Shown one piece after another: positions 14,212 to 26,080 of a stretch of 64,000 bases of DNA. The translations under genes and the position numbers were made by a program. The stretch is from NCBI GenBank assembly GCA_964252035.1, contig OZ176201.1; one strand, 5' to 3'. The stretch is from Podarcis erhardii (Eukaryota). Position 1 is the first letter of the stretch. Each line of letters starts with the position of its first letter. The notes beneath the pieces are model-generated. The model saw only the letters and a list, made by a program, of their open reading frames with translations, did no database searches and was not told where the DNA came from.

Positions 14212-16332
14212 AAAACATTATTTCTTTACTGTTAAAGACAGGGAGCAGATTAAACACACATTTAAATCACAAGGCTGCCTAAATAACCTTGGAACTGTAG
14301 TTTCACCCTTAACGAACTACAGGATCCAGGATTCTTTGCGGAAAACTGTGCACTTTAAAGGCACAGTACTTATATGATGTGGCTCTTTTGTTCATCTCTT
14401 TAATAGGAAGAGCCAGTGCAGTAAAGTGCTTAGAGAGGTAAGACTAGGAATTCAGCCAATCATTCTCCTCAACCGTATCTACCTTAGAGGGTTGTTGATT
14501 GGAAAAAAATGGGAAGAGGAAAACAATATATATCATCTTGAGCTCCTTGGAGTAAAGGTGGAATATAAATATATTAAGAAAGATAAATAAGAGTGAAGTT
14601 ATTAAAGATTTTAAATATTTAAAATGCCACAGCTGGGTTACTTCCTAAATAAAATTGATAGTGCACCTAGGTAAAAATAATGATTCTTTCAAGGTTTTGT
14701 TTAAACCATGCACAGCAAACTATGTAATATCTAGGTAGGATATAACAAATTGTCTGCCTTAAAAAAGTATTGAACTGTTTCTCATATTTTTGCATTACAC
14801 AAGCAAGCCTCAGCTCATGCATGCCAGCCTTTCTACGAATGCTTCAATTCTCTCTCTGGCTTCTGGTTTCAAGCAAACCATAATTTGCCATTACAATCAA
14901 ACAAGTTAACTCCAAACTGGAAGAAAAAACCCAATGTAAAGGATATTTTTCCAATTCTGGTTTGGAAGGCAAAAACCTACAGTAGCTTGCCAATTCAAAC
15001 GGCACACCAGACCTTGGTATTCCTACAACAGGGAGGAGGAAGCAAATGACCCCAAAGCTCACACATTCAATGCCAAGCCGTGGTGTTCAACACAAGCCAG
15101 TTGTGTATGCATTTCACACAAACTTCCTTAGTGCTATAAATATGCCCCTTTAATGATGGCAAAATTTACTACAGTATTATCCTAAACGTTTGCAGCTTGA
15201 GCCACAGCAGCTGCGCTGATTCTTTCTTCCACCTGTACAGGCAGTATGGCTCCAGTAAACCTCTGTCCTACCTCCAGCTGTGCAACAATAATTGTGACTG
15301 CATTAGCAGCTGCAACAGCTCCTTGCCAAGTAACAGGGTGACACAGCTTGTGCTTCAGAGGAGGAGCTGCTGTCAATGCGCTTGGCAATCACAACAACAT
15401 GAATTATTGCATGCCTGCTGGGTCAATAAAGTCTCCTAGCCCTGTGTACCCATATTTGTTGAGGCTCTGAGCCGTCAGTGTACGCCCCTCCAGTTGTGCA
15501 TGGAACAGCAGAATGGTAGATTATACCTTTCTTTAGCCCCAACAGTGTACAAAGGCCTTTATGGAACATATTGGGAGCAATCAAAGGTAAGCAGGACTAT
15601 GCCAATGAATAGAATAATCAGATTACACTAATTTAATTAGATCTAACTCTTCCACTAGGCTACTGTAAGGCTAACAATACATGGATTTTTAAAAATCACT
15701 ATTTATTACCTTCTGTCATCTGTATTAGTTCCATGCTGTCTCAAGAAAAGAAATTATAAATTTAAAATATGCAATTTTTATACACTGTATTACATGGAAA
15801 GTAAAGTATATGTAGTGTGTGGAAAAAATATTTTGACAATCAGCCACTACACTATCGGCAATACTAACTTAACCCATATGGTACTGAATAAATTAAACTC
15901 CATGCTCAGTATTAAATCTATTACAATAATATGTAGACATCCTGTTTTATAATATTTAGATATGAAGAAATCAGGAAGGAAAGCATTGCCAGTTATGTCA
16001 AAAAGCATATATGCTTAAGGAAAGTAAGGAAGCCCTTTGGAAAAACAAATAATTTTTAACCCTATTGCACACTCTGGCCAGAGCAAATAGCTTTGTTAAT
16101 TGTTAATTATTTATAAAAAATGGGTCATATCCAACTAAGCCATAAGAGTAGACCTATTACCTTGATTTCAGTGGGTCTACTCTGAGTGTGTTTAACACTG
16201 AATTTCACCCCAACATGACTGTTTTCTGATGGCAGTGGATTAGAACAGTAATGGATGAGATGGAAAAAACTTATTTGTCCTTTTAACATTGCTTAAAAGA
16301 AAATGTTTCTTATGTGAAGGACAACAAAAGGG

Positions 16333-16370
<38 letters not shown>

Positions 16371-16456
16371 TTTAAATACTACTTGTCCAAAATACACACC
16401 TTGGGTCTGGTCCTGACCAGACAGATACTAGAATTAGCAAGGGACACCCACATGAC

Positions 16457-17128
16457 CTGAAGGTGCTGCTGTGCAATGCCAGGTCAAAGATCATAAGACC
16501 CCTGCCATCCATGACTTGATCATGGATGGAGGACTTGACCTGGCATGTGTAACAGAACTTGGTTGGATGCAGCAGATGGGCTTGTCTTTGAAGGTAATCC
16601 GGAAACTACAACTAATCCAGAATGTGGCAGCTAGACTGGTGACTGAGAGCGGCCTCCGAGACCATATAACACCGGTCTTGAAAGACTTACACTGGCTCCC
16701 AGTATGTTTCCGAGCACAATTCAAAGTGTTGGTGCTGACTTTTAAAGCCCTAAACGGCCTCGGTCCAGTATACCTGAAGAAGCGTCTCCACCTCCATCGT
16801 TCTGCCCAGACACTGAGGTCCAGCGCTGAGGGCCTTCTGGCGGTTCCCTTGCTGTGAGAAGCCAAGTTACAGGGAACCAGGCAGAGGGCCTTCTCGGTAG
16901 TGGCACCTGCCCTATGGAACACCCTCCCTTCAGGTGTCAAAGAGAAAAATAACTACCAAACTTTTAGAAGATATCTGAAGGCAGCCCTGTATAGGGAAGA
17001 TTTTAATGTTTAATAGGTTATTGTATTTTAGTGTTTTGTTGGAAGCCGCCCAGAGTGGCTGGGGAAACCCGGCCAGATGGGCGGGGTATGCATGCATGCA
17101 TGTATAAATAAATAAATAAATAAATAAA
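16457..17128 (+). mobile_element. Internally deleted L2 LINE: APE endonuclease N-terminus joined to the RT C-terminus and 3' UTR
   Basis: LKVLLCNARS / KTPAIHDLIMDGGLDLACVTE (APE start) at 16457-~16580, then directly LKVIRKLQLIQNVAARLV..HITPVLKDLHWLPV and a 3' tail ending in (AAAT)n. Confidence 0.75.
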
Positions 17129-17791
17129 TATTGGCATTTAAAGCAGTAAAATGGCAACTGCAGGGGTGGGAAGAGAGAAGAAAGTAAACATGCTGAAAAC
17201 AGGGAAAAGACAAGTGTGCACACAAAAGGGCTGCATCAGACATGACTCTAAACTATGGTCTGGTGACACATGAACAAGCTCACAGGAGGAATTTGAAAGA
17301 ATTTGCTTCCATTATCTGTTAACCATAGCTTGCTATTTCATCAGAACATGACGCTATGGTGAACTATGGTTAGTTCAAACAAACTACTTCAGAAACCATG
17401 GTTCGATGTTGGATGCTTGAAACTAACCACCGTTTGTTGGTCCGGATGACACAACAAACCATGGTATAAATTTCTGAACTCATCCTTCTGGCTGCATGTT
17501 TAGGAGGAGGCTGGGCTCACCCACACCTTGCTAAACCATAGCTTAGCACATGGATAGTGAACCTGTGGTCTTCCATATTTGGCTTCAACTCTTATCAGCC
17601 CCAGAAAGCATTATTAATAATCAGGGATGATAGGAGTTGCAGTCCAACCCCAACCCTGGTTTAGCATGACACCCAAAGATAGCCATTGTTGGAGATCATG
17701 TTAACCTTCACAATGGAGCTGCAGAAATATCTAATTATCCTGTGATTTGGCGTTAAATTTCTTTTCTATGTAAAAAATGCATTGTACTCAC

Positions 17792-19053
17792 TTATTAAAA
17801 AGGTTCAATCCAATCCTATAGTGACGTTTCCTGATGATGTCATTACTGAAGGCAGGAGAATCCCAGCTATTGCGAGTCTCTTTATGGTACGTTTGCTTGC
17901 TCAGTGTTTGTTCCCTTAAGCTGTCTCGAGAAGAAGACTCTGAGCTGCAGTTTATTGTGTCATTGGAATTGGAAGTGCTATTAATGCTATCATTGTCTCC
18001 ATCAGAATAATCAGACTCAGATTTGCTTTGCCTGTTTGCTGTGCCATTAATGGCTAAGTGGCTATCAATAGGCCTTGGTCTATGTCTAGTCTCCTGGTCC
18101 TCTCGGGAAATTATCTTGGTAGGGATGCCATGTGAGATATGCTTGGGACTACCTTGCGTACTAGTAATTCCTCGATCATATGCATTCTGTCTCTTTAATG
18201 ATCCCCTCTCTGAGCGATCACTTAAGTCCACTGAACTGTCACTGGGTGGTTCTATAGTTAGCAAAGGCAAATGATCCATTCTCATTCTTTGTTCCTGGGA
18301 TTCTAGTGAAGGGGTACTTCTGCAGCTCGTGTCAGTATCTATCTTATGATCCTTGTGTGTCATAGACCAGTACTCTTGAGATGGGTTCATTGACCGAAGT
18401 CTTAGGTCAGATTCTGTGCTAGATGGCCTATCTACTGATTGGGAAAGAGGAAGTGGTGGGGAGAGTTCTTCTTCATCAATATACAATGTAACGTCACTAT
18501 AAGATGCAGTCATTTCATCAAGTTTCCTGTGGTCCACATTATGGCTTGTTGGTTTAGTTTGACAACTGTCCCTCTCTATTTCCCGACTTCTGACTTGATC
18601 AGGTATCTGAACCTCATCAGAGTGCATGCTACGACAGTTTAATGCATCGTCAATGGACTCGGCAAGAGATTTTACTTGTCTCGAAAAAGCATCCTCCAGT
18701 TCCGTTATGGCATCAGCGAAGTCAGTGGATGCTGCTGGAGATTTCATTGTAGCCGATTCTCCAAGGTCACTACATTCAGATTGGACAAGGGCTCCTAGTT
18801 TTGACCCATCATTTGTAACAGAAACTTGCTTCCCCTCGAAGTAGGAACTGTGGACTTTCTCAGGTCCTTCAAACGAAAACTGCATTCTCATATTGGATAG
18901 AACAATGCGTCTTGACATACGATTTTCAGACATAGAACTTCTAAGCCGCTCAAAGTTTTTGTTCATCTGATACTGGCGGAAAGCAGTCTGTATAGTACGA
19001 GCGGCATGTCTAGTTATGAGACGGCCTCCATATTTCCGTTCTAGCATTTCAAC
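17792..19053 (-). CDS. IQSEC1: IQSEC1 large exon: IQ motif (AARTIQTAFRQYQMNK), Ser-rich linker and start of the Sec7 domain
   Basis: The 419-aa ORF 17788-19047 plus upstream VE codons. Acceptor tttttag|GTT at 19053, donor AAT AA|gtgagt at 17792. 1262 nt, phase 0 to phase 2. Confidence 0.98.
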
Positions 19054-19971
19054 CTAAAAAGAAAATATAAATATTTAATAATACTCATGCACTAAGAGTG
19101 CTTACTGCATGGCTCTCTAATACAGTACTGAGGCAATAAGTGTTTCAAAATTAGCTCAGAAAAATATATCTCCTAGGAAACTTACGATCTAAAAAGATTT
19201 CTGAGATGGAAATACGCTCAGTAAGTAAAGGCCACCTCGTGAAAATAGAAAATTACCTGTACAAGTGCACATAAAATGATCCACCAAGAAGATACTTTTC
19301 ATAACTGTCTCACAAGTATATTTTACTAACACAGAAAGATATGACACTTACCTCTGCAAATCTTACTTTCACATAAAACAAGTGCAACAATTTAAATTGC
19401 ACATGGCGTTGTGATTTTAAATTGTATGCTTCCACGAGTAGTGCTTAGATACTAGAAGTATGGGATAGAAATCTCAAAATAAATAAAATAAAGAGGTGTG
19501 TGTGGTTTTTTTAAATGCTGATACAAGCAGTTAGAATTTAGATAAGAATTAAATAGAACAACTGGCATTCTTTATAAAAAGAATTTGGCAAAAATAGTTA
19601 TTTACTCAACCACATTACTCAACCGCAAACGGTTTTTGTAATTGAACTTGAAGAAGTATTTTTTTAGTTTCCTATGGTCATGTTGCATTGCTCCTTTATA
19701 GAACTAATGATACCAGTTACTGACCCTTGCATTTCCTATGCTTAAATTATGTTAAATTATGTTTAGAGTGGCCACACCATGGAAAAGGCCATAGCTCAGG
19801 ATCTGCTTTGCACACAGAAATCCCAGGTTCAATTCCTAGCATCCCCAGACAGGACTAGAAGTTTCCATTGTCTGAAACTCTGGACAGCTGCTTACCAGTC
19901 AGTGCAGGCAATGCTGAGTTAGATGCACCAGTGGTATGACTTCATATAAGGCAGCTTCCTATGTTCCAATA

Positions 19972-20203
19972 CAGTCATACCTTGGATCCTGAACGCCTTG
20001 CGTTTGGGCTCCTGAATGCTGCAAACCTGGAAGTGAGTGTTCCAGTTTGCGAATGTTCTTTGGAACCTGAACGTCCAATGTGGCTTCCGATTGGCTGCAG
20101 GAGGTTCCTGCAGCCAATCGGAAGCTGTGCCTTAGTTTCTGAATGTTTTGGAAGTCGGATGGACTTCCAGAACGGATTCTGTTCGACTTACAAAGTACCA
20201 CTG
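19972..20203. mobile_element. Tigger-type MITE
   Basis: TA|cagtcatacc ... gtaccactg|TA. Confidence 0.75.
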
Positions 20204-20864
20204 TATGTGCTGCATACATGAAATTTTAACAAAGCAAGAAATTGCATTCTCTGTGCCTTTGGAGTATAATTGAATCAATTCCTTGTCAGATTTCCCTTTC
20301 AACAGTTATGAACAATTTTACTGATGACATTTCACACTTAAACTTTCTCCCTCAGGCTTTCCTTGCATGAACTGGGAGAAAACTTGTCTGCTTCACAGAT
20401 ACCCGCAGGAGATTTAAAAAGAGTTATTACGATCCATGTTAATCTATTTTATATTCTTTCCACCAAGAATTTAGTGTGCATTTGCAATTATGAAAATCCT
20501 TGGCTACGTTGATATGATACACTGCCGATTATTTCTCATCACTGCAGTGGTGTATTTTTAAAAGAGGCAAAGTAGTAAAAAAATAGGATGTTAAAATTTG
20601 AATTAAGCTGAAGTTCACATTATAGAACTGCTTGCAGCGATTACTTTTAATAAAAAAAAGTTGAGATTTTCCCCCACAAGTATTTTTTTTTTTAAAGATC
20701 AGTTAATAGTCTCAATATCACAAGTCATTTTACCGTACTAAACTATTGGACAAGCATGCTTTATTTGCTTTCAAATGATTCTGCTTCCAAATTCACAGTA
20801 AGAATACCAGCAACATGTTGCAGGCATCTGTACTCCCCCCCCCTACGAATCCTTATTTACCTTC

Positions 20865-21007
20865 CATTAATGCTTAATGTTGGATGTTTTATCACTTTAT
20901 TATTATTGTTATTAATATTCTGTTGGGAGCCACCCAGAGTGGCTGGGCAACCCAGCCAGTTGGGCGGGGTATAAATAAATTGTTGTTGTTGTTGTTGTTG
21001 TTGTTGT
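20865..21007 (+). mobile_element. L2 3' UTR fragment with (TTG)n tail
   Basis: gggagccacccagagtggctgggcaacccagccagttgggcggggtataaataaa, homologous to the ends at 17040-17090 and 26845-26895. Confidence 0.7.
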
Positions 21008-21742
21008 TCCATGGTTTGCTTTAGTACAGGATGATATGGTGGGGTGGTAGCACTTACCTGCCCTCCTGAGAGCTGAATCACTACTGTGTAATGGGACAGG
21101 TCAATGCTGGCAGCGACTTGGCTGTCCTCTCTCCCTTCCGGTATGCAGCAGCAACTCAGCTATTAGGAGGTCAGGTAAGCGCCACTGCCCCTTCATGGCA
21201 TCTGTTTGCTTTAGTTATGCAACAATGTTCTACCTGCATTTATTAACATTCACTAGATTCCCTTATAACTAGGTGCAAACCCACTTCAAGTTCATGATTA
21301 TGAGGGCAATGCTGATTAGCATGAACCATAGTTAGTACCGATGCAAATATAATGGTTAAGGTGAAACCAAGGAAGAGGGGAAGTATTCACAAAGGTCAGA
21401 GGACAAACAATCTAGTCACTTGGGAATATTATGTCTGCACCTGGCCACAGCAGGCGAACCATAAAGAAATTCCCTTTATTCAAAATAGGAACATAAAGGA
21501 GGGGTCAATCTGGTTCAGCACTATGTCTCCAACAGCAGTCAACTCAGTGCTCCTGGGAAGCTTATGATGAGAGAGATGAATAAGGGCAAAAGGAGGAATG
21601 AAGAAATCATCATGTTTGAATCATTTTATCTTTATCCAGTGCTTCAAAAATTGTAGGCCCTTAATGAATTGTCAAAATAATAATATTCTATCTTTAATAA
21701 ATTCTTCATGATCGCTTACTACTACTACTAATTTTATTGTTT

Positions 21743-21945
21743 ATACCCTGCACATCTGGCTGGGTTTTCCCAGCCACTCTGGGTGGCTTCTAGCAAAATA
21801 TAAAAAGTAATAAAATGTTAGACATTAAAAACTTCCCTGAACTTCAGATGTTTTTTAAAAGTTGTGAAATTCTTTATCTCCCTGACATCTGATGGGAGGG
21901 CATTCCACAGGGAGGGTGCCACTGCCCAGAAGCCCCTCTGCCTAT
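21743..21945 (-). mobile_element. L2 3' fragment
   Basis: Reverse complement of the same L2 3' end (cccagccactctgggtggcttc; gggcattccacagggagggtgccact). Confidence 0.7.
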
Positions 21946-22759
21946 ACTAAGCATGTCCTGATTACTAGTTACAATATTCATCTTAGATTTCAACATTCTA
22001 AACTGTGTAAACAGCACAAATGATGTGATACAAATGAAAATACTTCAAATGAGATCCTAAATTGACAAGTATTGTAGTATTCACAACTTTATGGGTAAGT
22101 AAAATAATTTAACTGGCAGTCTGCTTTCCGATGAGCAGCTGTTCATTTCTTAATTTTTAAAAGTAAACCTTCTGTCCTTTCGAAAAAGGAATACCAGAAA
22201 TTTGTGATAATGTGGGCTTTGCCATGTAAAGTTGTAGTCTTGGTAATATGGATTTGGTAGAGTCAGAGGTAGGGCAGAAAAAAAAATCATTAAGCCAATC
22301 TTGCCTAGAACTGCAAAAACCCTGGTTCATAGTCTTAAAAGAAAGCTTAAAAGAAGCACTGCTTGACTGAAAGCATGGGGAATTTGTTAATACAGAGGCC
22401 AGGCAAAGAGTTTGTTTATATACTAACCAAGTCCTTCTGGTTTTAAACGGCACAGTCTCTAGTAAAAAAATTGGCACAGCTCCACAAGTTAAGCAATGAG
22501 CCACATATGCAAAATCATAGCACAAATACAGGGAGGCATTTTCTTTGAAGGAAAAGTCATTTCGCTAAGCAGTAATATCAGCTGATTGTTTAGCAAGTCA
22601 TGGAAAAAGACAGAAGAAGGAAACATTAATATTATTCAGATAGGCCAAATTATGGAACAGACTCGCAAAAAAAATAATATCCTGTTATTTTCCAGAAATG
22701 GCTGGATAACCTTTCCATGACACTTTAGCTTGATTCATAGAACTGCACAGTTCAAGTAC

Positions 22760-23042
22760 CTGCTTATCCTGCAAGTCCGATGAGAGTTCATAGCTCTCTG
22801 AAAGTGACCTCGACCTTTTAATAGCTTCTTCCTCTGCTTGTTTTCTGAGTATGGATGTTGAGTGTTGAAGCTTTGGCCTCCGGGGCCTTTGCTGCCCTGG
22901 GGAGACAGAATACAGCCCGTATGGAGAATGGTCGTAATGGTCAGGGCTTAGAGCTGAACTGTGAGTTATAGCTCCTTGATGGTAGGTAGAGGGACTATCC
23001 AATGATGTGCCTGTTTCACTTCCAGGAGCTTCACCCTCAACA
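22760..23042 (-). CDS. IQSEC1: IQSEC1 exon (VEGEAPGSETGTSLDSP...RRPKLQHSTSILRKQAEEEAIKRSRSLSESYELSSDLQDKQ)
   Basis: Pyrimidine tract + tttag|T acceptor at 23042 and CAG|gtactt donor at 22760. 283 nt, phase 2 to phase 0. Peptide matches recalled IQSEC1 sequence. Confidence 0.96.
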
Positions 23043-24952
23043 CTAAACAAAAAGAAGAAATAGAAAAGGCAATTAGGATTAAGATCCCAGTAGCTTGTTT
23101 CAAGTAAAACTTCATATACAATCAATGCATATCTATAATAATTTGGTTGCTGTCATTTGTATTGGAAAGCTGCGGATCAGGAGCAGGAAACTTGTAGGCT
23201 TCCTGGTGTTGTTAGCCTACAGTTCTCATCATTCCTGAATACTGGCCATGCTGGTTGCAACTCATGGAAACTAGAGTCCCACAAAGTTTGGAGGGTCACA
23301 GGTTACCTATTCCTTCTATAGATTATCATATTTAACACCTACTGATGCACGTTTCTGTAAAAACTGGATCATTCTCTAGTGCTGCATTCCTGAAATCATT
23401 GGACTGCAGCTCCCATTAATCCTAGGCAGCAAGGTCAAAGGTCAGGTATGGTGAGAACTGTAATCCAACAACATATGGAAGGCACTGCTTTAGCTGCCGC
23501 TGCTCTAGTGCAATGCCATGCAAGTAAGAATACAAATATGTTTCCAAAAATGAATATATTACATTTTTTAAATAAGAACTAACAGAAAAAGCTAATCAAT
23601 GCATATTTTGACAATATTTTGTACAAGATTTATCCTTAACTATCACACAGAGCTTCAAACACAGAGTGAAAACTTAGAAGTATCACGGCTACAATGGAAA
23701 CAATGCTTGCATATGCGTAAACTGCATTTTCCTCGACCCATCCTGTATAATGCTGTATTATAAAAGCACAGTTGTTTCTTCTATTCCTGATTATAGATAC
23801 TGGTTTGAAACTAGGAACTTTCATCTTCTTGTAACAACCACATTTTTATCATTAACAAAGACATTCCATCCTTGTAATGACAGTTTTCATAATTTGATTT
23901 TCATCCTGTGTCTCCTTGAAGAATAAAGGGGAAGTTCCCTGCAGTGCAACATCCTTCAGGAAATGTCTTGCGTTAAAAACACTGCTCATTTTGAGGTCCC
24001 CAGCTGAGATTGGATGGGCAGAAAATACATCCAAGGCAAGGCAAGGCAAAACATCTATAGCATTTCCTCAGCATCTATAAGCCGCCATTCTCTCCCCATC
24101 TTCCCTCAAACAAGGCACTAAGATTGTATATGTGGCGTAATCTTTAAAATATATGTGCTGCATTAAAATGAAACTACTTGATTGTTGTCATGTGGTGAAT
24201 TTTTACAGTGGTAGAACAGTTTGATCAGGTAGACTGAGATTTCACTCAGCACTTTTAAAAAATGAAAACAGTTTGTGTTTTGGACGTGCTTCCTCCATGA
24301 TGGACAGGTATAACAACTCTGCTCAGCACTTTTAATGGAGTATCTACTATTTGCAAACTCATACTATGAAGTTTAAGAGAGATATAAGGATTCAGGGTGC
24401 TACAAAGAAAATATTGGCTGCATACATGGGCAGTCATACCCATTCTGATTTTTTTTTTTTTTTTTTTTTTTAGAGAAGCTTGACAGGAGGCGACACATTG
24501 CATCTCTGAGGTGGCTATAGTACAAGCAAGTGTAAGAGGATGCTTGTGGCACTAGGATAAGCACATAACATACAGGCCCACAATAATAATCAGTCAACGA
24601 AATGGCACAGCTGTCACAGTAAAGGCAATAGTCGTCTGATCAGATCACAGTAATTACTACTTGTATAGCTATCATGATGACCATAATCAGTGAGCATATT
24701 TACATGGCCATGTAAAATCTGTTAAAACACCAATAGTATTATAGGTATGCAGAATTTCATTTTTCCCCTCAGGCAGAAATTAAACGAATCTAATATTTTT
24801 GTGATGCTAATAAAATAAAGTTAGAAGGTGAGTTTCACAGATAAGCAATGCTAAAATTGAAGAAATATGAACTGTATATTAAGTAGGTGACCTTGAATAA
24901 ATAAGGTAGGTTAACCCTGACCCATATTTCAACTATCTCTATAGTGAGAATA

Positions 24953-24954
<2 letters not shown>

Positions 24955-24987
<33 letters not shown>
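24955..24987. repeat. (TG)n microsatellite
   Basis: Direct reading. Confidence 0.95.
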
Positions 24988-24988
<1 letters not shown>

Positions 24989-25949
24989 GGGGGGAAAGGA
25001 ATCTCCTTCTGACGAGCCACAGGAGAATGTATGCATAGTCACAGGAGCTGGCAGGCAATGATGGTATAGAAAGAGGGACAACTGCATGCTTTCTCCTGTC
25101 ATTTGAAATTGTCTTTTCACTTCTACTCTGCTGCCAGACGTTCCCCAGCAACTACATAAACTTAGAATATGCATTATCTTTCCACTGTTAAGAGATACAG
25201 TTCAATAGCACTGAGATGCTTCAACGTGAGGATAGGATTCAGTAATATGCCAAACTCATAAGACCAGGATGCAATTCCTGCCAAATCCTGTAGAGATGAA
25301 TGAACAAACCAGCCAGCTATAGTACAGAAAGCTAATGTCAGGTGAACCTTAAGAAAACTCATCATGCTGCTTTTCTGGAATAAGATTTTGGAAAAGCCTG
25401 TATGAATTCTGAAGAAGCATTTTGGTCCCAGGAAGTAAGTAAAGGAAGGAATCTGTAGTATTTCAGTCACAATCCTATTCCTCTGCAGCAACTCTAGTTT
25501 TTTGAAAACAAGCTGTTACAGCTGCCTGTATCAGCACTACAACCGTAGCTGACAGTGACAAGTAGTCTGAAGAGACTTAAAAAATTGTAGCACATTCTTC
25601 AAAAACTGCCTAATTCACTGGTCTTTAACTGGTGGGTCATCCCCTTGGTTGCAGCCTAAGGTAGTCACCACTGGAGACAATACCACCATACGCAGATATG
25701 CTAAACAACAGCAGTAGTAAGATGGCTCATGCATTGCATGCACAGGCTAAGTATAAGCCCTGATCTGAAAAGCTGAAGACAAATCTATCTGCTTATAAGC
25801 GGCACTGGTTATGATGATTCTTACTATGGAAGTAACAACAAATAAGAAAGACGGGGAAATCATTGGGGAGAAATACTTCAATGAGGGCAGTGAAGGTCCT
25901 GTATGAGTGTCTGGAGGCGGTTGGAGGATGGATGACAGCTAACAGATTG

Positions 25950-25987
25950 GTATCTGAAGAAGTGTGCATGCACACGAAAGCTCATAC
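25950..25987 (+). ncRNA. Minimal type I hammerhead ribozyme motif in a Penelope-like element end
   Basis: GUAU-CUGAAGA-A-GUGUGC-AU-GCACAC-GAAAGCUC-AUAC. Stem I GUAU/AUAC, core CUGANGA, palindromic stem II, GAAA, palindromic AGCU stem III, predicted cleavage after C25983. Confidence 0.75.
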
Positions 25988-26080
25988 CTAGAACTAACTC
26001 AGTTGGTCTTTAAGGTGCTACTGGAAGGAATTTTTTTATTTTGTTTTGACCATGGCAGACCAACACGGCTACCTATCTGT
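25950..26080 (+). mobile_element. 131-bp Penelope-like element terminal fragment inserted in an L2 LINE
   Basis: Flanked by the 13-bp TSD agctaacagattg (25937-25949 and 26081-26093). Shares sequence with the element at 36323-36864. Confidence 0.85.
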
